DNA of 64,000 nucleotides from contig NC_083240.1 in the NCBI RefSeq assembly GCF_032191835.1, forward strand, positions 43,710,001 to 43,774,000, given 5' to 3'. A program made the position numbers and the translations under genes. The notes under the pieces are model-generated. The model saw only the letters and a program-made list of their open reading frames with translations. It was not told where the DNA came from and made no database searches. Within the stretch, counting starts at the first letter, position 1. Every line of letters starts with the position of its first letter. Origin of the DNA: Heteronotia binoei. Taxonomy: Eukaryota. Of the stretch, positions 11,392-23,876 are shown in pieces.

Positions 11392-12357
11392 ATGATTGAA
11401 AACCCAAACTGTTCCAGTGGAATGACTGAAGTTTGGAACAGGCAGTTGGTTCTTTCTTTGGGGGTTCCTGAGCTGACCATCACCGTCGTCTCTGTGGCCT
11501 TCAACTCTGCTGTCATCGTGACCGTTGTGCTTTCTAAAGAGCTCCACAAGCCCATCTTCATTCTGTTCTGCAACTTGGCCATCTCCGATCTTCTCTCCAG
11601 CTTCTCGAACTTCTGGATCACCACCGTGTTTCTCCTCGACCCAGAAAGCACTGTCCGTGGGTGCCAAGGCCTCCTCAAGCCTTATGCCTTCTACACCATG
11701 TCAATTCTGGCCACCATCTACAATTTAGTCATCATTGGGATTGAGCGTTACTTGGCGGTGTCTGAATGCCTGAGGATGAGAAGCAGGGTCACCAGAAACC
11801 AGACCTTGGGTGTTGCCCTGGTGGCTTGGTTGCTTGCGCTCTCCTTGGGCTTCATGCCCCTGATGGGGTGGAATTGTCTAGAGAAGCCCAACGTCTCTGC
11901 TCTTTACAGCCCTCTTTGCATTGACTACTTGATCTTCATCACCATCCCCCACTGTGCAGTGGCTTTAACCTTGCCGCTCTTCACCTACATCAACATCATT
12001 GGCTTCTTGAGAAAGCATACGATGGCCATGGTGGCCCTGGGGCAAGCTCAAGCTACCTACAAGTTGGCTGAAGTCCAGGTAGCCCGGACCAGTGTGTTCA
12101 TCTGGCTCCTAGCTTTGCTCTCCTACACGCCCTTCTTTATTGGAGTTCTGTTGGACTTAGCTTATGAAGACTGCCCCGGCGATCTCTCTCAAGGGGTCTA
12201 TGTATTCCGGAACCTTACAACTATGATGATCACTATAAATTCTTTGGGGAACCCCATCATATATACTCTAAAAATGAAAAAATTGAGGCGCAGACTCAAG
12301 TTTTTGAAAAACCCCTCCACCAATCGTATCCATGTGCTGGCAGTTGGACACACATAG
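11392..12357 (+). CDS. Intronless class A GPCR, EDG (LPAR/S1PR)- or GPR3/6/12-like orphan, 321 aa
   Basis: Seven hydrophobic segments; NLAISDL (D2.50), IGIERY, W4.50 and PLMGWNC, Y5.58, SYTP (for CWxP), NSLGNPIIY, basic helix 8; N-glycosylation NCS; intact ORF; AATAAA near 12657. Confidence 0.93.
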   Translation: MIENPNCSSGMTEVWNRQLVLSLGVPELTITVVSVAFNSAVIVTVVLSKELHKPIFILFCNLAISDLLSSFSNFWITTVFLLDPESTVRGCQGLLKPYAFYTMSILATIYNLVIIGIERYLAVSECLRMRSRVTRNQTLGVALVAWLLALSLGFMPLMGWNCLEKPNVSALYSPLCIDYLIFITIPHCAVALTLPLFTYINIIGFLRKHTMAMVALGQAQATYKLAEVQVARTSVFIWLLALLSYTPFFIGVLLDLAYEDCPGDLSQGVYVFRNLTTMMITINSLGNPIIYTLKMKKLRRRLKFLKNPSTNRIHVLAVGHT

Positions 12358-13773
12358 CCGTTGCTTGCAGCGGCACAAGCTGCGAAAAGTCCTGCAGTTT
12401 TCCATCCACCCATCTAGAAATACTCAGGCAGGCACAAGTGTGCCTTTTTATGGAGGCTAAAAGGAACAGTATTGTTTGGGGGAGCAGAATTCCCATCTTA
12501 GAATCTCAGTGTAAATGATTTCAGCACCGGGACAGGTGGACAGTTCACCACTACTGGAAGGAAATTGGATCATTTGTCTCCAAGATCTTGCTATGAAATC
12601 CAAAATGTGGTAGGATTCGTGAATGTGGTTGTTTGGGGCAAATTATATAGTTTAGTAATAAATAATTTTGCAGTGTGTTATCAGAGCACAGAAACTCAAT
12701 CAACAACTATTTTCTTTTTATTAAAGAACCAGCACAAATGACTTTATAAAGAATGAGTGGATTAAAGAGCTTTATATCCAGGGAGAGAGTCAGAAAGATT
12801 TGTTAATTTATTCCCCCATTTGGCCCTGACAACAAACCTGTGGAGTAGATTTGGCTGAGAGACTGTGACTAGCCCAAGGTCACAGTGAGTGTTATGGCTG
12901 AGTGGTGATTCAGACTCCAGTTTCCCGTGTCTTAGTCTGCCACTTTGACCACTACATCACCCTGGTTCACTAATATTCCTATTATACAAATTCCCCTCCC
13001 CCCCAAGGTATGAAGCTTACTCGTGCATTTTTGTCTCTGGGGGGAGGAATCTTTCAGACTTTCTACACTTTTATGGGAATGCATGTGGGTCTTCTTTTTC
13101 ATTTGGAAATGTAAATATATTTTTGAAATTATGACTGGATTAATTTTCCATTTGTGTTATTATGAGAGACTTGCTGATGTGCCAGAATAAATATGTTCGG
13201 TCGGAAACTAAACATCAGATGTCTGACAGCTGCAAGACATGAAGAAATATTACACACACGTCTTTTATTAAAACTCTTAATACTTTCTTTGCACAGAAAG
13301 ATAAAAGACATATGTAGGCACTTTACAACACAACCATGCTAGAAGGAGACTTAAAAAAAAAAAATAACTGGGAATAACAATGCCCATAAGATCAGCATAG
13401 GGAAAGGTTAGGGAATTATCTTTTGGCACCAGTGGGAGAAGGAAACACACCTGTACCATAAATCATTGACCCGTTTCCATCATTATGCATCTCTCTTTGC
13501 CTTGACGCCAAGATTAGTAAATACAGCTCCAACAAGAGCTATGAAACTAAGGGGGAACCCTCTTTAATTCCATCCCTCCGCTCCTTCCAGAGGCTTCCTC
13601 GGCTCTTGCAGTCTCTTTCCCCACTCTAGGTCTCCAGATGACCTCTGTAGTGGTGGTGAAGAGCTTTCAAGCCTCCTCCTCCTTCCCTGCTTTACCCACA
13701 ATGAAAATAGTTGCCTGCCTATGGGTCAGCACTCAGAGGCTGACTGAGGTCCCAATGCTAAGCATGCTTACTT

Positions 13774-13935
13774 GGGGAGGGACGGTGGCTCAGTGGTAGA
13801 GCATCTGCTTGGGAAGCAGAAGGTCCCAGGTTCAATCCCTGGCATCTCCAAAAAAGGGTCCAGGCAAATAGGTGTGGAAAACCTCAGCTTGATGGACCAA
13901 AGGTCTGATTCAGTAGAAGGCAGCTTCATATGTTC
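13774..13935 (+). mobile_element. Squam2-like SINE (internally deleted)
   Basis: gggagggacggtggctcagtggtagagc head, ctgattcagtagaaggcagcttcatatg tail. Confidence 0.85.
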
Positions 13936-15242
13936 AAGAGTAAGCCTGCATTAGGTTCCTTCTCAGCCTCTGGGAGCTGCAGAATATTTGTGGCTCCTGA
14001 CCTGCAATTTGGCCACCCCTGTGCTAGAGTATTGGACTAGGATCTGGGAAACGCAGGTTCAGATCCCCACTTTGCCACACCACTTTGATGGTGGACCTTG
14101 GGCCAGTTTAACCTGCTATTCTATTATAGAGTCATTCTGTGGAGTACAACGAGTAAGCTGCTTTGGCTTCATGCTGCAAAGAGAAGTGGGGTATAAATGA
14201 AGTACATGTGCTAGTGAGTCAAATCTGCTTGAGAATCCTTGACAAAGATATGCAGCAAAAACAAAACCCTCAGTAATCTTTTGGAGGTTTTTGATAAAAT
14301 GATTGATCTCGCCTCGCCTCCTCTCCCCAACGTTTGAGCTCACGGGGAGATGGGCTTGTTTACTTGGCCCTTTATTAATTTTAATTTAAATAATTTCTTC
14401 TTTCAGTATTATTAACCTTTAGCCAGGAAGGGCCCAGCTTGCCTTCCTTAATTTAATCTGCACTGCACAGGAAACGTTTCACAGTGTTTGCTGATCACTG
14501 AACGTTAGCGTTTTTATGGGTATTAATCTCGTCCTTCAGCATCAATGGCAACCTGGAGACCATCTGGAATGATTGTTTTGGCTCCTCCCTTTCAGTTCAC
14601 TTCTTTTGTTCTCTGGCTCCCCCCCCCCCCATTGACTGCTAGTTATTTTTTTCTGCATATGCCTCCTCCCCTTCGTAGTCTCGTATCTACTTATTCAGCT
14701 TCTCCATAACATTTTACTAGGTTTTGCATTTCGTTCAAAAACTTCCATGTTCAAGGGCAGTCTACCTCACTGCTGAGGAGGAAGAATTCTTCAGGGCAGG
14801 ATGCTCGGGTCATGGGATCCATGCACCTCGAGAACCTGTCCCTCATCAGGAAGGTGGCCATCATGCTGGAGGTGCCTAGGGCTTCCGGCATCCCCTGGAG
14901 CAGTGCTGCACAAAATTCTAGTGGGTACAGGCTGCAGAGTTTCTGATGCCCTGGAGGGCTCCCCCAATGCATCCCTGGCCATCCTATTTTGAGGCCACGC
15001 GTAGCTTGGGGGAGCAGGGTGCCCATCCCAGCTTGGAGGCATGCCATCTTGCTGGTAAGAGGGACAAGTACCCACTGCCCCCCCCCCACTTCACACAGTG
15101 TAAAATGAAATAAAATAAGGCACATCCATCCATGCAAAGATTTCATTCTCCTAGCCTATCTTTACCTTGGGTTATTTTTGGAAAGCTTATTCTAATCACT
15201 TCAGACATTTGTCCCAATCCCAGTCTCCAGAGGTCCCTCCCC

Positions 15243-15545
15243 TCTGTTTGGTGTAGTGGTTGCAAGTGGTGCAAGTAGTGCAAATGGTGTAGTGGTGAAG
15301 TGTGCGGACTCTTATCTGGGAGAACCAGGTTCGATTCCCCACTCCTCCACTTGCAGCCGCTGGATTGGCCTTGGGTCAGCCATAGCTCTGGCACAGCTGT
15401 CCTTGAAAGGGCAGCTTCCGGGAGAGCTCTCTCAGCCCCACCCACCTCACAGCGTGTCTGTTGTGAGGGGAGAAGATATAGGAGATTGTAAGCCACTCTG
15501 ATTCAGAGAGAAGGGCGGGGTATAAATCTGCAGTCTTCTTCTTCC
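15243..15545 (+). mobile_element. Squam3-like SINE
   Basis: Full body ending gggcggggtataaatctgcagtcttcttctt; head partly duplicated. Confidence 0.85.
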
Positions 15546-15878
15546 CCCAGTCGCTGTCACCTGCAAACTGGTCTACCATGCCTTGAATCAGCTCAGGACT
15601 CCGTGGGACACCTGACTGCTATAGGGGGGTCCAGCATCCTCCCCCATCCCGCTACGTTTTCTGCCCCCCTCCATAGCCATCGGCACATCAGAAAAAGAAA
15701 CTGGGACCTAAAATTTGCGAGCAGTTAAAAGTTACGGTAAATATGAAGGACTGCATACACAATTAGAATGGTGTCAAGCACACCTACAAAAAGGAGCAAG
15801 AAGCCCATTAACAGGGAATAGAGAATAATAAGATTCATAAAGAATTTAAATATTGTGTTCAGTCTCAGCAAGACAGGA

Positions 15879-16683
15879 TAGGGTTGCCAAGTCCAATTCA
15901 AGAAATATCTGGGGAGTTTGGGGGTGGAGCCAGGAGGCTTTGGGGGTCCAGCCAGGAGACTGTGGGGTGGAGCCAGGAGCAAGGGTGTGACAAACATAAT
16001 TGGCCTCCCAACATAATTGGGAGTTCTGGCCATCACATTTAAAGGGACCGCACACCTTTTAAATGCCTTCCTTCCATAGGAAATAATGAAGGATAGGGGC
16101 ACCTTCTTTTGGGGCATTCGATGAAATTGCTGAGCAGTCGGGTTAGAATGGATAAAAGGAGGTACTTCTTCACCCAAAGAGTGATTAACATGTGGAATTC
16201 ACTGCCACAGGAGGTGGTAGCAGCTACAAGCATAGCCAGTTTCAAGAGGGGGTTAGATAAAAATATGGAGCAGAAGTCCATCAGTGGCTATTAGCCACAG
16301 TGTGCATATATGTGTGTGTGTGTGAGTATATATATATAAATTTTGGCCACTGTGTGACACAGAGTGTTGGACTGGATGGGCCATTGGCCTGATCCAACAT
16401 GGCTTCTCTTATGTTCTTATGGACCCCTTGGTCCAATCTTTTTGAAACGTGGGGGGGGTATTTTGGAGAGAGGTTCTGGATGCTCTGTCTCAAAAAACAG
16501 CCCCCCCCAGAGCCCCACAGATCAATTCTCCATTATTTTCTATGGGAATAAGTCTCCATAGGGAATAATGGAGTGCCCAGCAGACATTTCCTTCCCCTCC
16601 CCCTGCTTTCTGATGACCCTGAAGCGGGGAGAGGGCCTCCAAACCGGGGATCCCCTGCCCCCACCTGGGGATTGGCAGCCCTA
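15879..16683 (+). mobile_element. TAGGGTTGCCA-TIR hAT (Blackjack-like) MITE containing a nested CR1 3' fragment
   Basis: TIR tagggttgcca / tggcagcccta; perfect 8-bp TSD agacagga (15871-15878, 16684-16691). Confidence 0.92.
16112..16421 (+). mobile_element. CR1 LINE 3' fragment nested in MITE
   Basis: GHSMKLLSSRVRMDKRRYFFTQRVINMWNSLP ORF2 end; tail cttctcttatgttcttatg. Confidence 0.9.
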
Positions 16684-17070
16684 AGACAGGACCGCACAGA
16701 AAACATGTGTCACCATTTGATCTTCTCGTAGAAAGCTTCCCTCTCTGCTGCTGAGGTGCAGGGCCTGGTCCCAGGGAACACGGTGCCCCAAGCAGGCCTG
16801 CTACCCACCACCCCCGAACCCTAATATTACATACTGAAATAAATTATAATTGCACCATAGCTGAAGGAAAACCCAAAACATCTCAGAAAAAAACAGCACA
16901 AGACTACAGCACCTTCTGAAAAGCTGCCTCTGACACAGCGAATTGAATTGTTCTGGGAACACTACTGGAAGAGTCACTTGTTACTTCTAATTGGGAGAAT
17001 GAAAAGTACCATCGATAACTCAATGGTTTGGGAAATTGTGGGAGTATGTAAAAAAAAGAAAAAAGAAAAA

Positions 17071-17362
17071 GGTAAAGGTAGTCTCCTGTGCAAGCACCAG
17101 TCGTTTCCGACTCTGGGGTGACGTTGCTTTCACGGCGGACTTTTTATGGGGTGGTTTGCCATTGCCTTCCCCAGTCATCTATGCTTCCCCCCGCCCCCAG
17201 CAAGCTGGGGACTCATTTCGCTGACCTCGGAAGGATGGAAGTCCTGCAAGTCAACCTGGAGCTGGCTACCTGAACCAGCTTCCGCTGGAATTGAACTCAG
17301 GTCGTGAGCAGAGAGCTTCGACTGCAGTACTGCAGCTTTACCACTCTGCGCCACGGGGCTCT
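17071..17362 (-). mobile_element. Sauria-type SINE
   Basis: ggtaaaggtagtctcctgtgcaagcaccagtcgtttccgactctgggg ... ctgcgccacggggctctt. Confidence 0.88.
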
Positions 17363-17384
17363 TCCCTGTGTATGTAGAAATGGA

Positions 17385-17640
17385 TAAACTAGCTGAAAAG
17401 ATTCAGTCATTACAAGCACACCAATTCTGTTCTAGTTTTATGACAAAATGGCCACCCTTTCTTGATTATGCTTTCGAATGAAACCTGCTGGATTTGGACA
17501 TTCCAAAAATGTATAAAAGTATTATATTATTTTAAGATTATTGCTTAATTCATCCTGAATTCACGTTTTCTTGAATTACTATTTTTTTTGGGGGGGGGGG
17601 CTGTAATGTTTCATATATATTGGATAAAAATTAAAATGAA
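17385..17640 (+). mobile_element. L1-type LINE 3' remnant
   Basis: MDKLAEKIQ..FMTKWPPFLDY stop, followed by AT-rich UTR. Confidence 0.55.
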
Positions 17641-17693
17641 GTATTTTAAAAATAGAATGAGATGAGACAACTGAAGCATTATGGGGGTGTAAA

Positions 17694-17694
17694 A

Positions 17695-17770
<76 letters not shown>
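17694..17770. repeat. (TATC)n microsatellite, ~19 units
   Basis: Pure tetranucleotide run. Confidence 0.97.
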
Positions 17771-17789
17771 ATGCCATCCAGAGAAGACC

Positions 17790-18900
17790 AGTGTGAAATT
17801 CTGGAAGCAAAAATGGAAGAGGAATTAATTACGGCCGATCAGTCCATGAAAATGCAAAAGAAAATCAATTTAAAGTACTTGCAGGACTTAAACTTATGAG
17901 AAAAAAAGAGGGGGAGAAATCTAAAGAACTTGTAAAGAACAAATGCGGATGAATTCAAGAGTTAGAAACTGAAGTACAAGATATTCAACATCAGCTTCAG
18001 GCAGCCCAGCATAATCTCTAGGAGCAAAAAGAACTAAATGAAAAACTAAGGCAAGAAAATGACGTATTGCTTCTTCAAGCACAATGACTCAGTGCATATT
18101 TACAAAAAGCAGGGGATACCTGCAAGGAACAGAAGCAAGAAATCATGATTTTGAAAAACTGAAGAGACAGTTTTTGAGGAGAGATCCGTTTTCCTTTCAA
18201 TGAGATTTGCCATCTAATACCAGGCATTCAATGTAGTAGATAGAGCAGTTAGCTTCTTAATTAGCTAACCCTGATAAAACTTGACTTCTCAGTTAAGGCT
18301 GTTCCACTAAACCCATGCCCGCCGATTGCCCAGGCTTTACGGCTATCTTTTTCGTTCATGACCTTAATTATTATTGTTTATTTTGCCCCCCTTAATGAGA
18401 AGTCGGAGCTTGATGCAGTTTGGGTGACGTTTTCTGATTACATTTTGTCGGCAATCAGGGAATTTCATATAGCACAATTTTTGATCTTAGGTGACTTTAA
18501 TGCTCGAATTGCCAATGATCCTCAGAAATGGATCTCATATTTCAGTTTTGAAGTGTCAGATTCCCTCCCATTCCAGTTGTGTTTGCCTCTTCAATCCAGT
18601 GACTCTTTAATTAATAATGCAGGTTTCAAACTAATTGAATTTTGCATAACTCATAACATCATAACACCTAATGGTCATTCTAAATTCTCAGCTGCAACTG
18701 ACTTCACCTTTTTTTCCTCGGGGCTGTACGTAGTGTGATTATTGCTTAGCCTCACCTTAGCTTATATTATCTATCGATAATTCTGTAATCGAACCATGCA
18801 CAGAAAGTGACCATCTGCCCCTCACTATACATTTAAGCATGGATCAGGCAGACACCAAGCTATCACCCTCATTCTACAATGGCCTGAGTATGTCTTGAAA
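17790..18900 (+). mobile_element. Decayed non-LTR retrotransposon 5' part: coiled-coil ORF1-like region plus apurinic endonuclease domain
   Basis: ILGDFNARI and, after a frameshift, SDHLPL motifs of APE endonucleases; upstream E/K/Q-rich frame with stops. Confidence 0.7.
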
Positions 18901-19771
18901 AAAATAAAATGGTCAGCATCTGCGACTGAGCAAGCCTTGCAAAGCAAGCTGTTATGCAGAAGGAAGCAAAAGAGAGGGAGAAGAAAGCAGATGACAGCCA
19001 GTTGCTCGGGGGCCTGATTTGGCCTCTGGGCTGCATGTTTGACACCCCTTGCCTAAACCCTGATGTTTAAGAATAGGTTCTGGGGCTGACTGTCCCCCTA
19101 AAGAAGGCCTGCTTCTGGATTATAACCAGAGTCGCTTGGAGCATTGCAGTAGAATGGGAGATCTTTACACTCTGGCATTGGGGGGCTTTGTGGCCTGTTG
19201 CTCATTGTTGGGAGTGAGTTCACCCCATTCGGTAAGGCCATGGGGAGCGCATCCAGTCACTCCAGATCTGCATGGATGTATGAGCACCTATTCAAAAGGT
19301 GCTGGTGTGCATCGCCCACATTTGGAGCTGAGTCGCCCTGTCTGTTTCTAGGATGCTTTGATCTCCCGGAGACATCAGAGAGCTGTAAGGAGAATATCCA
19401 ATGGGTCCCCTTTGCAGGATATCAGGGGAGAAACTGGGGGTGGGGCCATTGGTCAAGTTCAGCTGAGTGTGAGGATGGCTGCCAAGCAAAGGAGCCAGCT
19501 ACGGTAGCAGTAGTTCCGCCCCCCCTCCATCTGTTCTGCAGCTGCCAGTTCTCTGCAAGGGAGGGGCTCTGACTCTGTTGCAACAGTGGGAGATCTCCAG
19601 GCTCCACCTCTCACTTAATCTTTTTTGAGAAAAAAAAACTTGGCCGTGGGTTCATTATACGTAACTTTTATAACATTTTGAGATGCTGCCAAAGGCTTTT
19701 TATAAATCTACTGTTAGTACAATGGATTCCAATATCTTGTTTTTTCAAAGAGTTTTGATTAATGTTTGGAC

Positions 19772-20089
19772 CAGGAGTGAGCAAACTGTGGCTCGGGAGC
19801 TGCATGTGGCTCTTTCACACATATTGTGTGGCTCTTGAAGCCCCCTCTGCCCCATTAGCCAAATTGGAGATGGCATTTCTCTCTATAAATCAATTCTCCA
19901 AGCCAAGCCAGCTGGCAATTTGGAGAATGCATTTAAAGTTGCTTTCTTTCCACCTCTCCCTCCCTGCTCCCTCTCCTCCTCTGTTTGCTTTCTTTCCACC
20001 TTTCTTTCAATTTTTCCTTCCTTCCGGCTCCCAAACATCAGACATTTATTCTATGTGGCTCTTACATTAAGCAAGTTTGTCCACCTCTG
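19772..20089. mobile_element. hAT MITE related to 3809-4136, opposite orientation
   Basis: caggagtgagcaaactgtggctcgggagc ... cttacattaagcaagtttgtccacctctg. Confidence 0.75.
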
Positions 20090-20435
20090 CTCTAGGAATT
20101 TCAGAATATCTGTGGCAAAGCTATAGATTTTTAAAATTCATACAGTGTCAGAATAGCTTGGGGCTTCCAAGTCCCCACCCCACCAATACTCCCAAGGAGG
20201 GCCATGTTCATTCCAAATTGAACATTTTGTAAATGTACATCTTACAGTGCTTTGATAATTCTTCTGTCACTCATTACATGTTTTTAAAAACTAAATAGTT
20301 CAGCCCTGGTATGATGAGGGAGAAAGCTGGGTGGCTACTCTAATATCCCAGCCTTAATAGGTAGGCAAAATGAACACTTATTTAAACATTCTTACCCACT
20401 CCTCTGGGAATTGCACTTTAATTGTGGACATTCTT

Positions 20436-20588
20436 AATGTTTGAGGGGGCACAGTGGGAGGGCTTCTAGTGTCCTGGCCCCACTGGCGGACTTCCTGATG
20501 GCACTTGGGATTTTTTGGCCACTGTGTGACAGTGTTGGACTGGATGGGCCATTGGCCTGATCCAACATGGATTCTCTTATGTTCTTAT
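20436..20588 (+). mobile_element. CR1 LINE 3' UTR fragment
   Basis: ggcctgatccaacatggattctcttatgttctta tail. Confidence 0.8.
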
Positions 20589-21980
20589 TCTGAGCACATT
20601 CCAACATGAAGGTACCAGCTGATATTGCCAACTGCACAGTTGCAAAAGCAGCTCAAATTTTAACATAACTAATTTTAAGTTATGTATAATGTTGTTCACA
20701 CACTCATGTACATCTCTTGGATTTTTTCTTTATCGGATTAGCAGATGAATGCATGAACTACGTTGAAAAGTACAGTATTTTCAGGTAGACATATGTATCA
20801 GATTTAAAGCTCTACATCTCACCTACGAATGCACAGAACTGTCTTTATATCCAGCTAGCCCTTACACATCTGCAATGCAATGGGGCATAAGATCCAACCA
20901 CCAAAACAAGAAAACAGGGACTGTCTTCAGCAGAACTCCCTGGGGAGAAATAAAAACTAAGGCAGACTAGAACAGCTTAGTTTCCGTGGGGCCTCCAGGG
21001 ATATTACCAATTATGTGGCACACCTGCAACGATTACATGTTTATGGCCTCTTCAGAAACAGAGGTAGCTCATTTCACCATAGGGGCCACGGGATAAGAAA
21101 GGAGAGCATCTGTAGGACAGCTGGACCACAAATTGATGGGATCAGAGGCAAAGGAAGTCAGCAAGGTAATTTCCTATGCAGTGACTCCAGTTTAAGCCAG
21201 CTGAAATAATGGACTGGAAAAATTGTGCATTGGATAAATCCTAACCCAGATGTATATATTTACCAGGTAAAACTGTTCACATTAGGTGGCAATCAGGTAT
21301 ATTTTGCCCACATTTTTAACAGCAAATGCATTTTGTGATGCTTACAACAAGCTAACAGTGTAACCTGAAATATTGGGCAAGAGAATGATGTGCAACTGGC
21401 TAATATTCATCAGGTTCCTGCTAATACATCCATTTACTTTGTACTAAATATTAACCAAGAAAAGTTATTTAAGGTTAATCTTAAATCATTGTGACACATA
21501 AACATTGGGTCAAATTTTAATGTTCACTTCTGTATTTTAAGTCATTACTGGCAACACACAAATTTACAGCAGGTAAATGCTGTGCTAATCAAAAACGTGA
21601 GCAGTCCCTAAGAAACACTGTATAGAAACAGGAGTCTGAGAACAATAATGTCTAGTGGACCACTAACATTCTTTGCCAAGTGTAAAGTATAAGCATAATA
21701 TTGAGGTAATCTGGTAACCTGTTTCTATGTTATTAAAAATAGAATCTAACACTGTCATATGGAGACTTCCCCCCACATGCAAGTTCTATATATAGTTAAT
21801 GGAATAATTCCTCCACTCTGCCTTTGCTGCATTTCTGGCACAAGTTATCGGTTTAGCTACAGCTTCTTTGCAGCAGCAATATTATTTTGATTCAACTATA
21901 AATCTCACACAGTTCACAGAAGATCCTCTGTGCTTTATCAGCAAAGGACAAAAAAGTAATTAAACAAGAACTGTAAAGTA

Positions 21981-22408
21981 TTATTGTCCAGAACAGTCCG
22001 TATATGTAGTAACCATGTTTCCTCGACGCTGGGTGACAGTTCTGCAGTGCTTACTAGATCCGTGGAATTTGTTTCCTGTTCGCACTGTTTGCCTATGTGT
22101 GCTGTCAAATCCACTGAAGGAAAACATTTTTTCCATGTCTTCAAACATGTCATCAAACAGTCCACCCCCAAAGGAAAATTCTTGGAAAGAACGTCTTTGC
22201 CTGCTGTGTGCCTGCTGAGTGCTGTGAAAGTCATTCCCGAAGTGTTTCTTTGCTTGTGCATTGTGGTTTTGGCCAAAGAAATCAAAGTCTTTAAACAAGT
22301 CATCAAAATTGAAGTTAAATGGCTGCTGGAAAGTGTTTCCATTACTTCTTCCATGGCCAAACTGGTCATACTCTCTTCGTTTATTTTCATCTGACAATGT
22401 TTCATAGG
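21981..22408 (-). CDS. DNAJB9: DnaJ homolog subfamily B member 9 (ERdj4), last coding exon
   Basis: ttttacAG acceptor, phase 1; AYETLSDENKRREYDQFG, G/F-rich region, RTVTQRRGNMVTTYTDCSGQ then TAA. Confidence 0.97.
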
Positions 22409-23659
22409 CTGTAAAATAATGCAAGAAACATTTTTACGATCTTGAACAAGGGAAACTAAAAACAGTAGCAAAGCTTTGTTTGTGTGAATACCTGTACCTG
22501 TTTTTCTAAAGCTTCTCTGCTAGTAGGGCTGAAGAACTAAGTGCATTCAAGAACAATAAAGCAATTTCAGTGAAGAAACCGCTTTATGTCAATCTAGCAG
22601 AATGATATGGATGTTTTTAAAATATTGAACTATTAAAAATTATTTCCATGCCAATTTAAATCAACAGAAAAATTAATTTGGAAAAAATGGTAGTCACAAA
22701 GCAGAAAGTTCACTACTATTCCTGTCAAGTATTTACAGTTAGATACATTTAACTGGAAATGTTAAACAAAAATATTTCCTGGATGAGTCCATTTATGCTT
22801 GTAAATTTAGTTTCCTTTAAAGCAGAGCATGTTTTCAGAGTAGCACCATCTCCCTTATCCAAAACGGATCCCAAAACTGTGCAACAATGATTCATAGATT
22901 TATACACAAAAAAAAGTTACTGTGGATTGACAGACAGCACTAAGGGGCGCAATCAGGCAATGTTAGTAGCACAAGAAGAAGAAATTCCAATGAGACAAGG
23001 AGGAAATGGCTGGCCTGCCAGAATGGTATTGAGAACTCGCAAATACATAAAAGGCGGCCTCGGATTCAGTGGGAGCTCACAGGAGCACAGCTCCTGAACC
23101 TTTCTGAGAGTTCTATCTCCTTGTCCATTGAATAGTATGTGCAGCTGCATAACAATCCCTGGATGAGCTCCACCACCTATTTTTCTACAAAATGACCCCT
23201 GCATAAAGGAATTAGCTTTCACAGAGACAATGCACACCATTCAATTCCAAATGTCTAAACTCAATTTGCTTGAATGGATCAGCTCAGAACAGGAGATACT
23301 CTCAATTAACCTTTGCCCGTTAGAACTATTCATCAACAGCAAGCAGGAGAATGGATAAAATAAGCTCTAACTAAAGCTTACGTAACAGTTTGCAAGGATG
23401 ACTCAACAAATACTGTTGACAGGAGGGAAGTTAATGTTCATTCCCTAGAGGGACAAAGCTACCATCCCTTAAGACAAGGTACTAGTTCCCTTGAGGTCTG
23501 AGAACTACCAGTACATAGATACCCCAACACAAATAACTGAATGTCTTTGGCATGTTTTGAGAAGCTAAGTATTGACACAGAATAAGAACAAAAACCCTTG
23601 GAAAAGACAATGATAAAAGAGTAGCAAAATGCTACCTAATTTCATGGAATTATGCTTAC

Positions 23660-23876
23660 CTTCTGCAATTTGCCGGAACTTTGCTTCAGCTCCAGGACTC
23701 TTATTTTTGTCTGGATGATACTTCATTGCTAGTTTATGAAATGCCTTCTTAATCTGGCGATCAGATGCATTTTTGGGAACACCAAGGATGTCATAATAAT
23801 TCTCTGCAGCCAGTATTAATTCTGTTATCATTAAAATACAGAGGGCAAATATGAAGACAGATTGTGTCGTGGCCAT
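23660..23876 (-). CDS. DNAJB9: DNAJB9 first coding exon (signal peptide + J domain)
   Basis: [23 protein letters not shown] signal, [15 protein letters not shown] (HPD); acceptor at 23890, donor G|GTAAGC at 23659; joined CDS 645 nt = 214 aa. Confidence 0.97.

Noticed and set aside
14751-15146. Overlapping 94-131 aa ORFs
   Set aside because: No recognisable domain or consistent splice sites; probably an old repeat remnant
19136-19607. Several 60-124 aa ORFs
   Set aside because: No motif recognised; region abuts MITE and LINE remnants
23565-23659. 103-aa secreted J-domain-only DNAJB9 isoform
   Set aside because: Simple read-through of a strong GTAAGC donor; no evidence of use
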